Assembly: GCF_028641065.1 (NCBI RefSeq)
Contig: NC_073391.1
Coordinates: 23,560,001 to 23,624,000 of the forward strand
Source: Leucoraja erinacea
Taxonomy: Eukaryota
DNA: 64,000 nucleotides
Direction: 5' to 3'
Numbering within the stretch: position 1 is the stretch's first letter; the number at the start of each line of letters is the position of its first letter. A program made the translations under genes and the position numbers. Shown here one piece after another: positions 48,846 through 60,380 of the stretch. The notes under the pieces were generated by a model. That model was not told the origin of the DNA and did not search any database. It worked only from the letters and a program-made list of their open reading frames with translations.

Positions 48846-50456
48846 CTGATGCAGGGTAAATGTTTCCTTTAGAAGGTTTGGATCAATGGCAAAGTTTCAA
48901 AATAATGGGTAGGTTTGTTTGGATTGCGTTGTGAAATACCTTCATACAGAGGTGATGAATATTTGGACCTCTGCCTGGATGGCTGTGGGAGCTCAATCAT
49001 TCTCTTTTTTCAGAAAGAGATCAATTGAATTATGGATATTAAGCAAATCAAAGGTTGTGGTAATTATGCAAGAAAATGGCACTGAGGTAGAAGATCAGCT
49101 ATGACCTTGAAAAATTGCTAAATGGGTTTGATAGCCCAAAAGACCTCCTGTTTTTATGTTAGTTGCTGTTGGGCACAATGACAAGACCATAGATGTACTG
49201 TGGGATCATATGAGCAAACTACTGTTCTCCAGCATATTCCAGTGTTTATCAATGGATTGGCTCACTGCTCATTCACAGCTGCAGTGCTTGTGTCAGTGAA
49301 TTTTGTACATAAAATAAAATTTACAGATGCAGTTTATGCATAATATGTTTGTGACCTTGATTGGCAAACATACAGCGTTCATTATTATGGTGATAATCTA
49401 ATTCCCCTTTCCTTTTGCTCTGCTCATTGGATTTTTCATCCCCAAAAACAAAAAAACGGAATTGATGTTAATTTTATTATTGGTTAGCTGCACAATCCTG
49501 TTCTAATATAGTTGTGTTAAAATATATTTAAAATATATTTTTATTTATTACCGTGTGAGAGTTTAATTCCCCAGTTCAAGTGAAAAGGGCACAGACACAA
49601 ACAGCTGGTCAACACCCTAACAGCAATGAAAATAACACTTAGGTTCCCAACAGCTTTGTAGTGTTGTGCATCTAGAGTGCAACTGATGTCTGTATTTGGT
49701 CATTCATCTTATATATTTAAAAATATGTATGTCTTGTTTACACATTGTACAGTATTTCAATTTGTATTCCATGTAGTTTTCATACATAATTCAAAGTGTA
49801 CTGCATGCAAATAATTTTGGTTTGTGATTGCTGTTTCCCCTGCAGACAATAAAAAATACAGTTCACCAAGGATGAGAGTCACATGTAAAAGTGAAACTGC
49901 TTGCCTGTAATCTGCTGCTTATTTTATAAATAACTTGCAATAAAAATAATAATGTTGTTAATATTTCCAATTATAGTTGTTGCTTCCGATAAAATGGTGG
50001 ACAATGTAAATGTTTATTGGGTTAAATAAATTCCTGAATAGATTAGCAATGCTCATGCTTTTAATTCCATATTTTGTGCAACATTTCAAAAAATGTGCCA
50101 TATCAATAAATGCATTTTCCTGTTTCAGTGAGGACTTTCGTTTTCAAATGTGGCTCATTTGACTGCATTTTTGCCTCTGACTGAGAAAATCGTACATTCT
50201 TGTCCCACTCCAGAAAAGGAGTAAAAATCGCGTAGTTTACTAAGGGACATGGTAGAGTTGAAAGTACCTGTACATCTTTTGTAAGAGAAATTTAATTCTC
50301 AATTCAATTCCCTACTCTGCTTGCTTAGGTGAATGAGAGAGATGCTAATTTTTAAAAGTAGATTTATTACATGTTCTGGCCAATCTTTTCCCCAACTAAA
50401 AATGACTGAAACCGACCATCTGGTATTATTTCCAGCTCCGCTTTTTGTTGTTCATA

Positions 50457-52013
50457 CAGTGCATTCAGAAAGTATTCAGACCCCTTCACTCTTCCACATT
50501 CTGTTACGTTACAGCCTTATTCTAAAATGAATTTAATTATTTTTTTAATCATCAATCAACACACAACACCCCATAATAAAAAAGCAAAAACAGGTGTTTA
50601 GAAATTTTTGCAGATTAATTAAAAAGAAACAACTGAAATATCACATTTACATAATTACAAAGTACATTCAGACCCTTTACTCAGTACCTTGTTGAGGCAC
50701 CTTTGGCAGCGATTACAGCCTTGGGTCTTCGTGGGTATGACGTTACAAGCGTGACATACCTGTGTTTGGGTAATTTCTCCCATTCTTCTCTGCCGATCCT
50801 CTCAAGCTCTGTCAGGTTGGATGGGGAGCGTCAATGCACAGCTATTTTCAGGTCCCTCCAGACATGTTCAATTGGGTTCAAGTCCGGGCTCTGGCTGGGC
50901 CACTCAAGGACATTCACAGACTTGTCACCAAGCCACTCCAGTGTTGTTTTAGCTGTGTGCTTAGGGTCATTGTCCTGTTCGAAGGTGAACTCCATTCCAG
51001 TCTGAGGTCCAGAACGCTCTGGAGCAGGTTTTCATAAAGGATCTCTCTGTACTTTGCTCCGTTCATCTTTTCCTCGTTCCTGACTATTCTCCCAGTTCCT
51101 GCCGCTGAAAAACATCCCCACAGCATGATGCTGCCACCACCATTCTTCACCGTATTGGTCGGGCGATGAGCGGTGCCAAAGAGTTCAATCTTGTTTTCAT
51201 CAGACCAGAGAATCATGTTTCTCATGGTCTGAGATTCCTTTAGGTGCCTTTTGGCTGAGGGCTGTCATGTGCATTTTCCGGAGGAGTGGCTTCTGTCTGG
51301 CCACTGTACCATAAAGGCCTGAATGGTGGAGTGCTGCAGATATGGTTGTCCTTCTGGAAGGTTCTCCCATCTCCACAGAGGAATTCTGGAGCTCTGTCAG
51401 AGTGACATTAGGTTCTTGGTCACCTCCCTAACCAAGGCCCTTCTCCCCTGATTGCTCAGTTTGGCTGGGCGGCCAGCTCTATGAAGAGTCCTGGTGGTTC
51501 CAAAGTTCTTCCATTTAAGAATGACAGAGGCCACTGTGCTCTTCGAGACCTGCAATGCTGCAGAAATTGTTTTACACCCTTCCCCAGATCTGAGTCTCGG
51601 AGGTCTATGGACAATTCCTTCGTCTTCATGGATTGCTTTTTGCTCTGACATGCTGTCAACTGTGGGACCTTATACAGACATGTGTGTCCAAATCATGCCC
51701 AATCAATTTAATTTACCACTGGTGGACTCCAATCTAGTTGCAGAAATATCTCAAGGGTAATCAATGAAAACAGGGTGAACCTAAGGTCAATTTTGAGTGT
51801 CATAGCAAAGGGTCTGAATACTTATGTAAATGTAATATTTTAGTTATTTTGTTCATTACATTGCAAACATTTCTTAACACCTATTTTCGCTTTTTCATTC
51901 TGGGGTATTGTTTCTAGATTGATGATAAAAAAATTAATCCATTTTAAAATAAGGCAGTAACATAACAAAATGTGAAAAAAGTGAAGGGATCTGACTACTT
52001 TCTGAATGCACTG
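50457..52013 (-). mobile_element. Tc1-family transposon (IR/DR type), both TIRs present, degraded transposase
   Basis: TA|cagtgcattcagaaagtattcagacccc ... gatctgactactttctgaatgcactg|TA; ~220-bp TIRs with inner direct repeats; [38 protein letters not shown] and [13 protein letters not shown] motifs (DD34E type) with deletions and frameshifts. Confidence 0.93.
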
Positions 52014-52254
52014 TAAATAGATTGGCAGGTTTCCTGCAAAATCGCAATGGCTTCACTTCAAAAGTACTTCATGAGGAGTTTATGCTGGAACTAACTACAA
52101 AACTAGTTAGAATGTAGTTCTAGAATGTGCACTTTGGAATGTCATGTAAGGTTGATGGCAAGAACTATATAAGTACAAATCTTTCTTTCTCTTTATTATC
52201 TCCACCATTACTGTAAAATGATTTAGTTGCATAACTTATATTTCTTTTGTGCAG

Positions 52255-52333
52255 ATGAACAAAGACCTTGATTTATCCATCAATGCATCCAACAACTTCA
52301 ACTTAAATGTCACTTGGTCCATTGGATCAACAG
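52255..52333 (+). CDS. ATRNL1: Attractin-like 1 internal exon, 79 bp
   Basis: Boundaries tttcttttgtgcAG| and |GTGCGT; MNKDLDLSINASNNFNLNVTWSIGST(A). ASNNF and WS.GST match ATRNL1 rather than ATRN as I recall them. Confidence 0.95.
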
Positions 52334-53028
52334 GTGCGTTTTACAAAAGCAAATTGATTTCTTTAGTACAGCATGTTCAAATGTCCACGTGATTTAATCC
52401 ACAAATTTCCTTATTAAGGTTCACATATGTAAACAATCATTTGATGAAAAGTTACGTCTAAGAACAGTTCCTTGTGTATTTCTTTCCAAAATAACGCACT
52501 TGATCTTTGTCAAGTGTCCAGATAACCTCTAGACTTAAGCTATGATTTCTATGATTTAATATAAGCCAGTCTCAAAATCTAGGGTCATCAAAGTTTTTGT
52601 CTGTTCACTGTGCATTATTTTTGAAATAGATAACCTAATTGGGCGTTTGGCTTTATCTGATCTGGACCGGTAGATGTTCTGGATGTAATTGATTCAAATA
52701 TGCTTCCTATCTGAAATATTGTTATTCCAACTTAGTTTGATCCTAAATGAAATTGTTGAGTCTGTGTATGAGCAAGAGCATTTGTTCAATATACCCGTAT
52801 TTCCCGGCAATGAAGACGCTATTTTTTATCCAAAAATAAGGCATGAAAATTTGCCCGCATCTTGGAGGCCGAAGGTTAGGTTGTTAGCCAAGAAAGATAG
52901 ACTTGGCTATCCCTCAGTACAGCAACATCAAGAACGATGTTGCTGTACTGATGGATAGCCAAGTCAATCACTCATTGCTGGCAGCTGAATGGAAGCGGCT
53001 GCAAAGTGGAGGCGGCTGTAAAAGGACA

Positions 53029-53257
53029 AAGGACATTTATTGTCACATACACCAATTGGTCCAGTGAAATTTGAGTTACCATGCAGCACACAAATAAGAT
53101 AAACGCAACACTATAGAATTTAACATAAAACATAAAAACATCTCCCCACAGCAGAATCACGTTTCACACTGTGAGGGAAGGCAACAGAGTTCAGTCATCT
53201 TCCTCTTGTTCACCCGTGGTCGGGGCCTATTGAGGCCTCTGCAGTTGCCGCTTTGGA

Positions 53258-53290
<33 letters not shown>

Positions 53291-53470
53291 GGGGGGGGGG
53301 GGGGGGGTGGGGGGAGGGGGGGAAGTCCCCTCTTTCCTCCCCCCCCCCACTCGCCACATAAAAAAGACTAAAGGACCTCCAAAAACAAACTTTTAGACAG
53401 ACTAAAAATAACAAAAAGGATGAAAGGACAGACAGCTGCTGGCGAGGCAGCCACACTTGATGGCGCCACC
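53029..53470 (-). mobile_element. Non-autonomous retroelement with Rex1-like 3' tail and internal poly-G run
   Basis: Tail atttattgtcacat...gtgaaattt resembles Rex1 ends at ~2690 and ~38676; poly-G at 53259-53322. Confidence 0.45.
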
Positions 53471-53642
53471 AAAGGACAGCGCCGCTGGGGGGGGAGAGAG
53501 GGGGAGAGTTTTGTTGGCAGAATGTGGGGAGTCTGGCCCGGGTCAGCACGTTCTGGGCTGCACAATTTGGCTGGGTCACCAGGGGTAAAGTTGTAGGGAG
53601 AGTAGGAACATTGAGAAGGAGGAGGTTGTGGACCATGCCAGC

Positions 53643-53681
53643 AACTCACTCACTCACTCACTCACTCACTCACTCACTCAC
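53643..53681 (+). repeat. (ACTC)n microsatellite
   Basis: About 9 perfect units. Confidence 0.95.
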
Positions 53682-55534
53682 CGCTGCCGTGGTGCTCCGG
53701 GCACGGAGCTACCGCATTGTGGCCGGGGAGGGACCAGAGGAGGGAAGTAACTTGGGTTGCTGCGAGTGGCTGCCGGGACCAGCAGCAGAACCGGCCACCA
53801 CCTTAGCACCTTCTGCCGGCCCGCATACCTCTGGCAGTTTTCTCTGTCTGACCACCTCTCTCCTGTCATTGCCAACCGCTTCCCGTAAATCCTTGAATTC
53901 CGACTGCTGTCGGGAGCAGGACATGTCACTTTGAGGAAACAATATACTTTTACACCTAGCTCTCTTTCTCTCATTCAACGGCACTATACAGAACCCTGCT
54001 ATCGACTATGTATGTACTGCCCATATTTACCTTCCCAGAATGCATCACATTTATACTTGTCTGCGTTACATTCAATCTGCCATTCCTCTGCCCACTTTTC
54101 CAGTTGATTTAGATCTTGTCATAAATGTTGTTGTCCATATTATCACCAATTTTGTTCTCCTCTGCTAACATACTATCCTTGTCATCTACATTTTCATCCA
54201 ACTTGTTCATGTAGATGACAAACAACATTGGACCCAGCACTAACCGCCACGGCACATCGCCGGTCATACACTACGAATCTGAAAAATAGTCGGCCATTGC
54301 CATCTTCTGACTTCTGTATACAATTTGCTAGTGATCTTACCCTCCAGACCAGCCTACCTTTTGAAACGGGTGGAACAAAAATTGCTTCCAAAAGTGTGAC
54401 ATAAATTGGCTTCAATGTTGAATGTCACGTTGCAATATATAGTTTATGATTAAAGGATGTTTAGAAGTAGATGATTTTTGTACTTTATTAAACAGCTCAA
54501 ACATTGCAGATGCAGGAAATGATGGGTATTATTTTAAAGCAAAGAATTTACCTATGTACTGGAGATATAATCACATTTATATATATATTAAGCTTCATGT
54601 GCATAACTTGATAAACAGCATTGCTTTACATTTTGATTTAAATTGTTTTTGAAATTGTTAGTATTAATATTTTTGAAGCTAGTAAAATATGAGACAGTTT
54701 AAGCTCACCTAAGAGAACTTTCTCCTGGCAGCTATTACTTATTAATTAATTTGTGATCGTGCAGAACATATTTTATTAAAAGATATTCAAAAATTGTTAA
54801 TATTAAGTCAGAGGTTGTCTGATAATTTATATTAAATCCATAGTTCTTGTTGGCCAATGAAATTAATATAGATTTTTAAAGAAAAAAATAATTCAGTAAT
54901 GATTGATTGTCATGTTTTTACCAGGGCTGTGCTCTTTGCAATTGTAGTATATTAACAAATGGATAGTATTCTATTCGTATGTTGTCCAGCATGGAGTTAG
55001 GCAATCAAACTCCTGAACTTTACATGTGCAATTGAAAAGAGCTTTCTGCCTGGTTCATTCTCTGCCTCTTAAGCCTTCATAAGTACATATATTTTTTCAA
55101 AAGTAAATCTGTTGTTTTTCTTAAATTATTATTATCAAAATTCCAAGCCAGAGAACACAATGGTGAAATAATTAAACAAATTCCTATTGAAATTTAAGAA
55201 TAAATGGATTGTGCACAGTTGAAATGCAAATTATAACGTTATACGCACGGTGTACTTCCACGTTATTTAAATCCTGTGATAAAATGATGCAAAAACAAAA
55301 AAAAACACATGTCTTTCCCTCAGACACCTACATTTCAAATCAGGTTTTCATTTGCTCAGTGGGAGAATATTTGTGATACCATTCTCGTCAATTCCGACGT
55401 ATTTAGTGTTTGCTGTTATAACCATATAACCATATAACAATGTTTGATACTCGGTGTAAATTAATTGAATATTTTGAGAAATCATGTGGACAGTATCTGT
55501 TCAGCTACTCCATTGTTCGAATCAGGCCAACATG

Positions 55535-56090
55535 CAGGTATGAATGTATGCAGGAAAGTTACTAGAATGTTAACATTTATTGATAGAGGACTCAATTGTA
55601 AAATTCATTTATGCTTCAATTATATGGGGCATTGGTGAAACCACATCTGGTATGCTGTGTGCAATATTTGTCTCCTTATTTAAAGTAATTGAAAGGAGAT
55701 CAGAGAAAGTTTCCTAAACGCACAGCTGAAATTAATAAGTTGTCCAGGGAGGAAAGGTTGGGCAGGTTAGGCTTGTATCTGCTGGTCCTTAGAAGCATTC
55801 GAGGGGACTTAATTGCAACATATTTGATCATGAGGAATCTTGACAACATAGAAAATAGGTGCAGGAGAAGGCCATTTGGCCTATTCATTGTGATCATGGC
55901 TGATCATCCACAATAAATAACCCGTGCCTGCCCTCTCCTGATAGAGCTCAATCTAACTCTCTTTTAATACCCTACCCCCAATACCATGTGCTCTAATTTT
56001 GCCCAATAATCTCCTGTGTGGGAACTTATCAAATGCTTTCTGAAAGGCCCGATACACGACATCCACTGGCTCTCCTTCATCCATTTTATG
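55535..56090. mobile_element. Old CR1 fragment (+) with an inserted CR1 piece (-) from 55845
   Basis: ERLGRLGLYLL..R.IRGDLI motif, then acatagaaaataggtgcagg tail in reverse. Confidence 0.65.
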
Positions 56091-56492
56091 TCACAACCTA
56101 ATGATGAGAATATGGAGAAGTTACAGTCAGATCGATCATGATCTTATTAAACTGCAAAATAGGCTTGAGCAGGAGCAGCATATAGGTTTATCTCATTATT
56201 CCATATTTCCTTAATATCTATTTACCTTTCTACCTTTTACCTTAATGTGCTTTCAAACATTAATTGATCAATATGATTCTCATGTTCTATGACTTCAAGG
56301 CATGTTTAAATTATCAATATATGTATGCATCGAAGAACAAAATAACTAGAAGAGCATGTTTAGTAAATATTACCCAGTTGATTCATTGAAGTCAATGGAA
56401 ATATTTTAATTTTCTTTTAAAAGTTTCCACTTTAATTCACTTAAGTAAATCACAACTGGTTTAGCTATTAAATGAGAATTTCTACTTTGCAG

Positions 56493-56650
56493 CTGGGACG
56501 ATATCTGGGGAAGAAGTACCTATTATCTCAAAAATGAACATTAAAGAGTACAGAGATGGATTCTCCTATGAAAAATTTAATTTTCACAACAATCCAAATA
56601 TCACATTCTACGTATATGTTAGTAACTTCACTTGGCCTATCAAAATACAG
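56493..56650 (+). CDS. ATRNL1: Attractin-like 1 internal exon, 158 bp (juxtamembrane ectodomain)
   Basis: Boundaries tctactttgcAG| and |GTGAGT; (A)GTISGEEVPIISKMNIKEYRDGFSYEKFNFHNNPNITFYVYVSNFTWPIKIQ; in frame with the preceding exons. Confidence 0.96.
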
Positions 56651-58715
56651 GTGAGTGCTCTGGGAGGAGGTAACATTATATACATTTAATATCTATCCTA
56701 AATGCAAGTGAAATCATGTATTCTCTTAATACTGATATAATATCATATATACTGTAAATCATAATTTTGTTGTTATAGCAGTGAGGAATTGTATTTTATT
56801 CCTCTTGATTTACAAGATGTTATAAATCAGAGTGCAAGGTCATTACATTTTTTATTGACACAAATTGCTGCACGTTGAGAAGTTATCAAGGCAAGTTTCA
56901 GTTCAATAGAAACTCTTCCATTTATAAACTGGTCACAAACCCAGTTGTCTCTTTCATCATATGTTCAGTAGGTTTTGTGTTCCTGGTGATTGAATAGAGT
57001 TAAGTGTTGAGATGACTTGTTAATATAGACCCTCTTACATTGAGGAACTTGTTTTGAAATACAGGAAGATCTATGGTGAAAATTTGAATAATGAGAGAGG
57101 TATTGACATTGATTTTAGCAATACTTGCAGATCATGTTTTTGTAATTTGCATCATTAAACTGCCCAAAAGTAATATGAACTGTGTGAACATATGTGAAAT
57201 GCAATTTAATTACTGTTTTATTACTTCATAAAATCTAGTTATGACCTGACATAACTTAATTAAATGTTTGGGGAATTGAATGATCTCACCAATTGCCACT
57301 TTATTAATAACCTATCACATGTTTTTAATTCATTTGTTATTGTGGTTTAAAATAATTACAAAGCAATATTTGGTGTTGGTGGGGGAGGGGGGGGGGTGGT
57401 CTCTGTTAAAAGGTATAATTGTAATGTAAGTTCTGCATGTTTTAAGATTCTCTTTATTTTTGCTCGGTCTCTCAAACTAACTTGAAATCATATTTCATAA
57501 ATCAGTTTAGAAGAATGAAACTAATGTGGTGTAAAAAGCCAAGACACAGGGCTTTGTTTTGACTTTCATATCTTTGATATTTAAGAAGCAATATCTCTGA
57601 CACTTAAGACGCAGTCGTAGCCCCCAACTATTACTTTTGAGTGAGATTTTAAATCTGTCATAAATGGAGAATTTTTCCTTAACTTTTAAAAATAATTAAC
57701 AATTAAAATCTGTTGCTGTTGCATTGTCCAGTGGACTGAATTTTTACTACATTTACTTACTTTCCTTAGTAAATGAATTAAAAATTATGAGCTGTACAAC
57801 ACAGCAATAAGCCCTTACGTGGACCTATATATTTCACACCAGTGAAAATGGTAGGAACTCCAGGTTGGTTTACTCTGTAGAGGCAGTTGGTAAAAGGAAT
57901 TTCACACTTACTCATTTTAACCTTGGAATGTTTAAGGTTCGTACTGAGAGCAGGGTGGACATATTTAACTCGCCAGTTTGATACAGAAGTCAAAGGCAAG
58001 GTGTTTTGTCGGATAGATAACTGTCATGGATGACTTATTAGAGAGCAGCCTGACAGTGTGATATTGGCTTCCCATTGGTCTGAATACAACTCCACCTGAT
58101 GATTGTGAAGAATTAATGACTGTGTGTCATAATAATAAGAAAAGAAAAGTTGATCAAACAGCTTTGCCTCCTTTAAAAAAATATTGGAAAACATTGCATT
58201 TATGAAAGCTGAACAAGGCCTTAAGTAAATGGTAAAGAATGTCCAAAGTTTCAGATTGTCAGTTTACTGGTTTTCAATTTAAGCAAAAGCAACAGCAAGT
58301 TGTGGAGTGGCACTGGAGATATAACAATCCAAATTATCTTCTGTTATTTGGTAATTGCTGAAACATTTTGTTCCATAGGACTTATATTTATGTAAATTCA
58401 TTCTCCATTGAAATAACATTCTTGTGCTGAGTGAGTAGATTGAAGGTTCGGTCTTGTCTTAGGAATTGAACATAGAAGCAGTCTGACATTTCAGGGCACT
58501 TCCAAATGTTGTGGTGTTAGTTCATCAGATTAAGTTTGTGGGATATTTGTAGATCAAGTGACTTTATTTTAGAAATCTTATGCAGTCCCTCAGAATCAGG
58601 ATGCCTTATTTTTAACTCTGGGTCTGACATGACTGATGAGGCCATTGTTGGAACTGTATACTCTGTCACAGTTAAGGCAGCTGGTGCTTGACAGAACAGG
58701 TGGGTGAGTACTTGG

Positions 58716-59148
58716 TAGGGTTGCCAACTGTCCTATTTCTGCTCGGGTCGAGGGGACTGTCAGGTTGGACCGCCACGTTCGGCCATGCCTCACCCGTCCC
58801 AATGTAATACAGCCCTAGGGGTGCAGCAGCAGCTCCTCACCCATGCCCCCGTCGGTCGGCAGGCTGGCCAGCTGTCCGACCTTCGGAACTTCGCTTACCA
58901 TCGACACCACCACCCCTCCTTTTCATGGCCGATCATCGGTTCATGAGTTGGATAGGGTGCCGGACTTTGTGCCCGGGTCAAAACTCTTCACCTGGCAAGC
59001 CGGCTGGGCTTTGTGTGCAGTCCAGCACCTGGGCCAACTCATCATTCACGCAGCCACAACCGAGTCTGTCAACAAATTGCTGTAGGGAATTTGTCCCTTA
59101 TTTTGACCTTTTATCCCTTATTTGGGAGTGAGAAAGTTGGCAACCCTA
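58716..59148. mobile_element. hAT-family MITE
   Basis: 14-bp TIR TAGGGTTGCCAACT / AGTTGGCAACCCTA; 8-bp TSD gtacttgg / gtagttgg (7/8). Confidence 0.9.
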
Positions 59149-59440
59149 GTAGTTGGTGAGGAACACCTTCCTCCGTTTATGCCTGGCTTATGTGCACTCT
59201 TGATGCATGCTTTCAAAGTATTCCATTGTCGAGTGGTCATGGGCACGGCATTCCTACATGACGGTCGGGATGTCATACTTGTTCAAGAATGCTTTAAGCC
59301 CATCTGTAAATCTGTTTTTTCCTCTGTCCTCTTGGTAGTCTCGTAATAATGTGTTCAACTATGAATTGCCCAGAATCAAGTTGATATTTCACCCTCAACT
59401 GTGGCCTATAAATTATTTTGCTGTGAACAATTTGAGATTT

Positions 59441-59740
59441 TAGACCTTAGAGATACAGCACTGAAAACAGGTCCTTCGGCCCGCTGAGCCCACGCTGACC
59501 AGTGATCACCCCATACACTAGCACTATCTTGCACACTAGGGACAATTTCTAATTTACAGAAGCCAATTTACCTACAAACCTTTACATCTTTGAAGTATGG
59601 GAGGAAACCGGAGCACCCGGAGAAAACCCACGCGCTCATAGGGAGAAGGTCCAACCTCTGTACAGATTGTGGTCAGGATGGAACCCGTGTCTCTGTCTCT
59701 GTAAGGCAACAGCTGTACCACTGCGCCATTATGCTGCCCC
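59441..59740 (-). mobile_element. HE1-type SINE
   Basis: Reverse-complement match to the other copies. Confidence 0.8.
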
Positions 59741-60174
59741 TAATTTTCAGTGTCCTGTTTACATACAGAATAAAAGCTGTTATTTTTGAAAGTAGGTAAA
59801 TGTATGTGTTGCCCATACAAACAAGAAATCTGGTACAGAGCCGTGCAGATCTGTGATGATTCCCTCTGACACAAAATAGCATCAAGCTTCTTTTGTGATT
59901 GGCTGCTGCCTCAGAAGTGATGATCTGGTTAGTAATGCAGCCAGAGGGTTACTTGCCATTTGTTGTTTGTATCATGTACTGAAAGTGCTCTTCAATCAAC
60001 TAGATGTTCAATGAATGAACCCTGTATCCATGTGTCTAAATATATTACCTCTAATATTCAAATGCACATTGAAAATGTAGACTGATAAAGAATATTTTAA
60101 CCTTACTAAAATAGGGGGGCTCCAGTTGTAGTGTTGGTGTTCTCAGTATTTAATGAATGTTTTAAGCATGGAAA

Positions 60175-60380
60175 TAAATGCTGGAGAAACTCAGTGGGTG
60201 AGGCAGCAACTATGGCGAAAAGGAGTAGGTGACGTTTCGGGTCGAGACCCTTCTTCAGAAAAAGGGTCCCGACCCAAAACGTCGCCTACTCCCTTTCTCC
60301 AAAATGCTGCCTCACCCGCTGAGTTTCTCCAGCATTTTTTGTCTACTTTCGATTTTTCCAGCATCTGCAGTTCCTTCTTA
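60175..60380. mobile_element. Palindromic Penelope-like insertion with an intact hammerhead-like core on the - strand
   Basis: Minus 60258-60231 reads CTGAAGA-A-GGGTC-TC-GACCC-GAAA-CGTC; inverted arms. Confidence 0.75.

Noticed and set aside
52793-52875. Possible pogo/Tc-mariner TIR (ta ccgtatttcccggc)
   Set aside because: No matching opposite TIR or transposase found, so it was not called.
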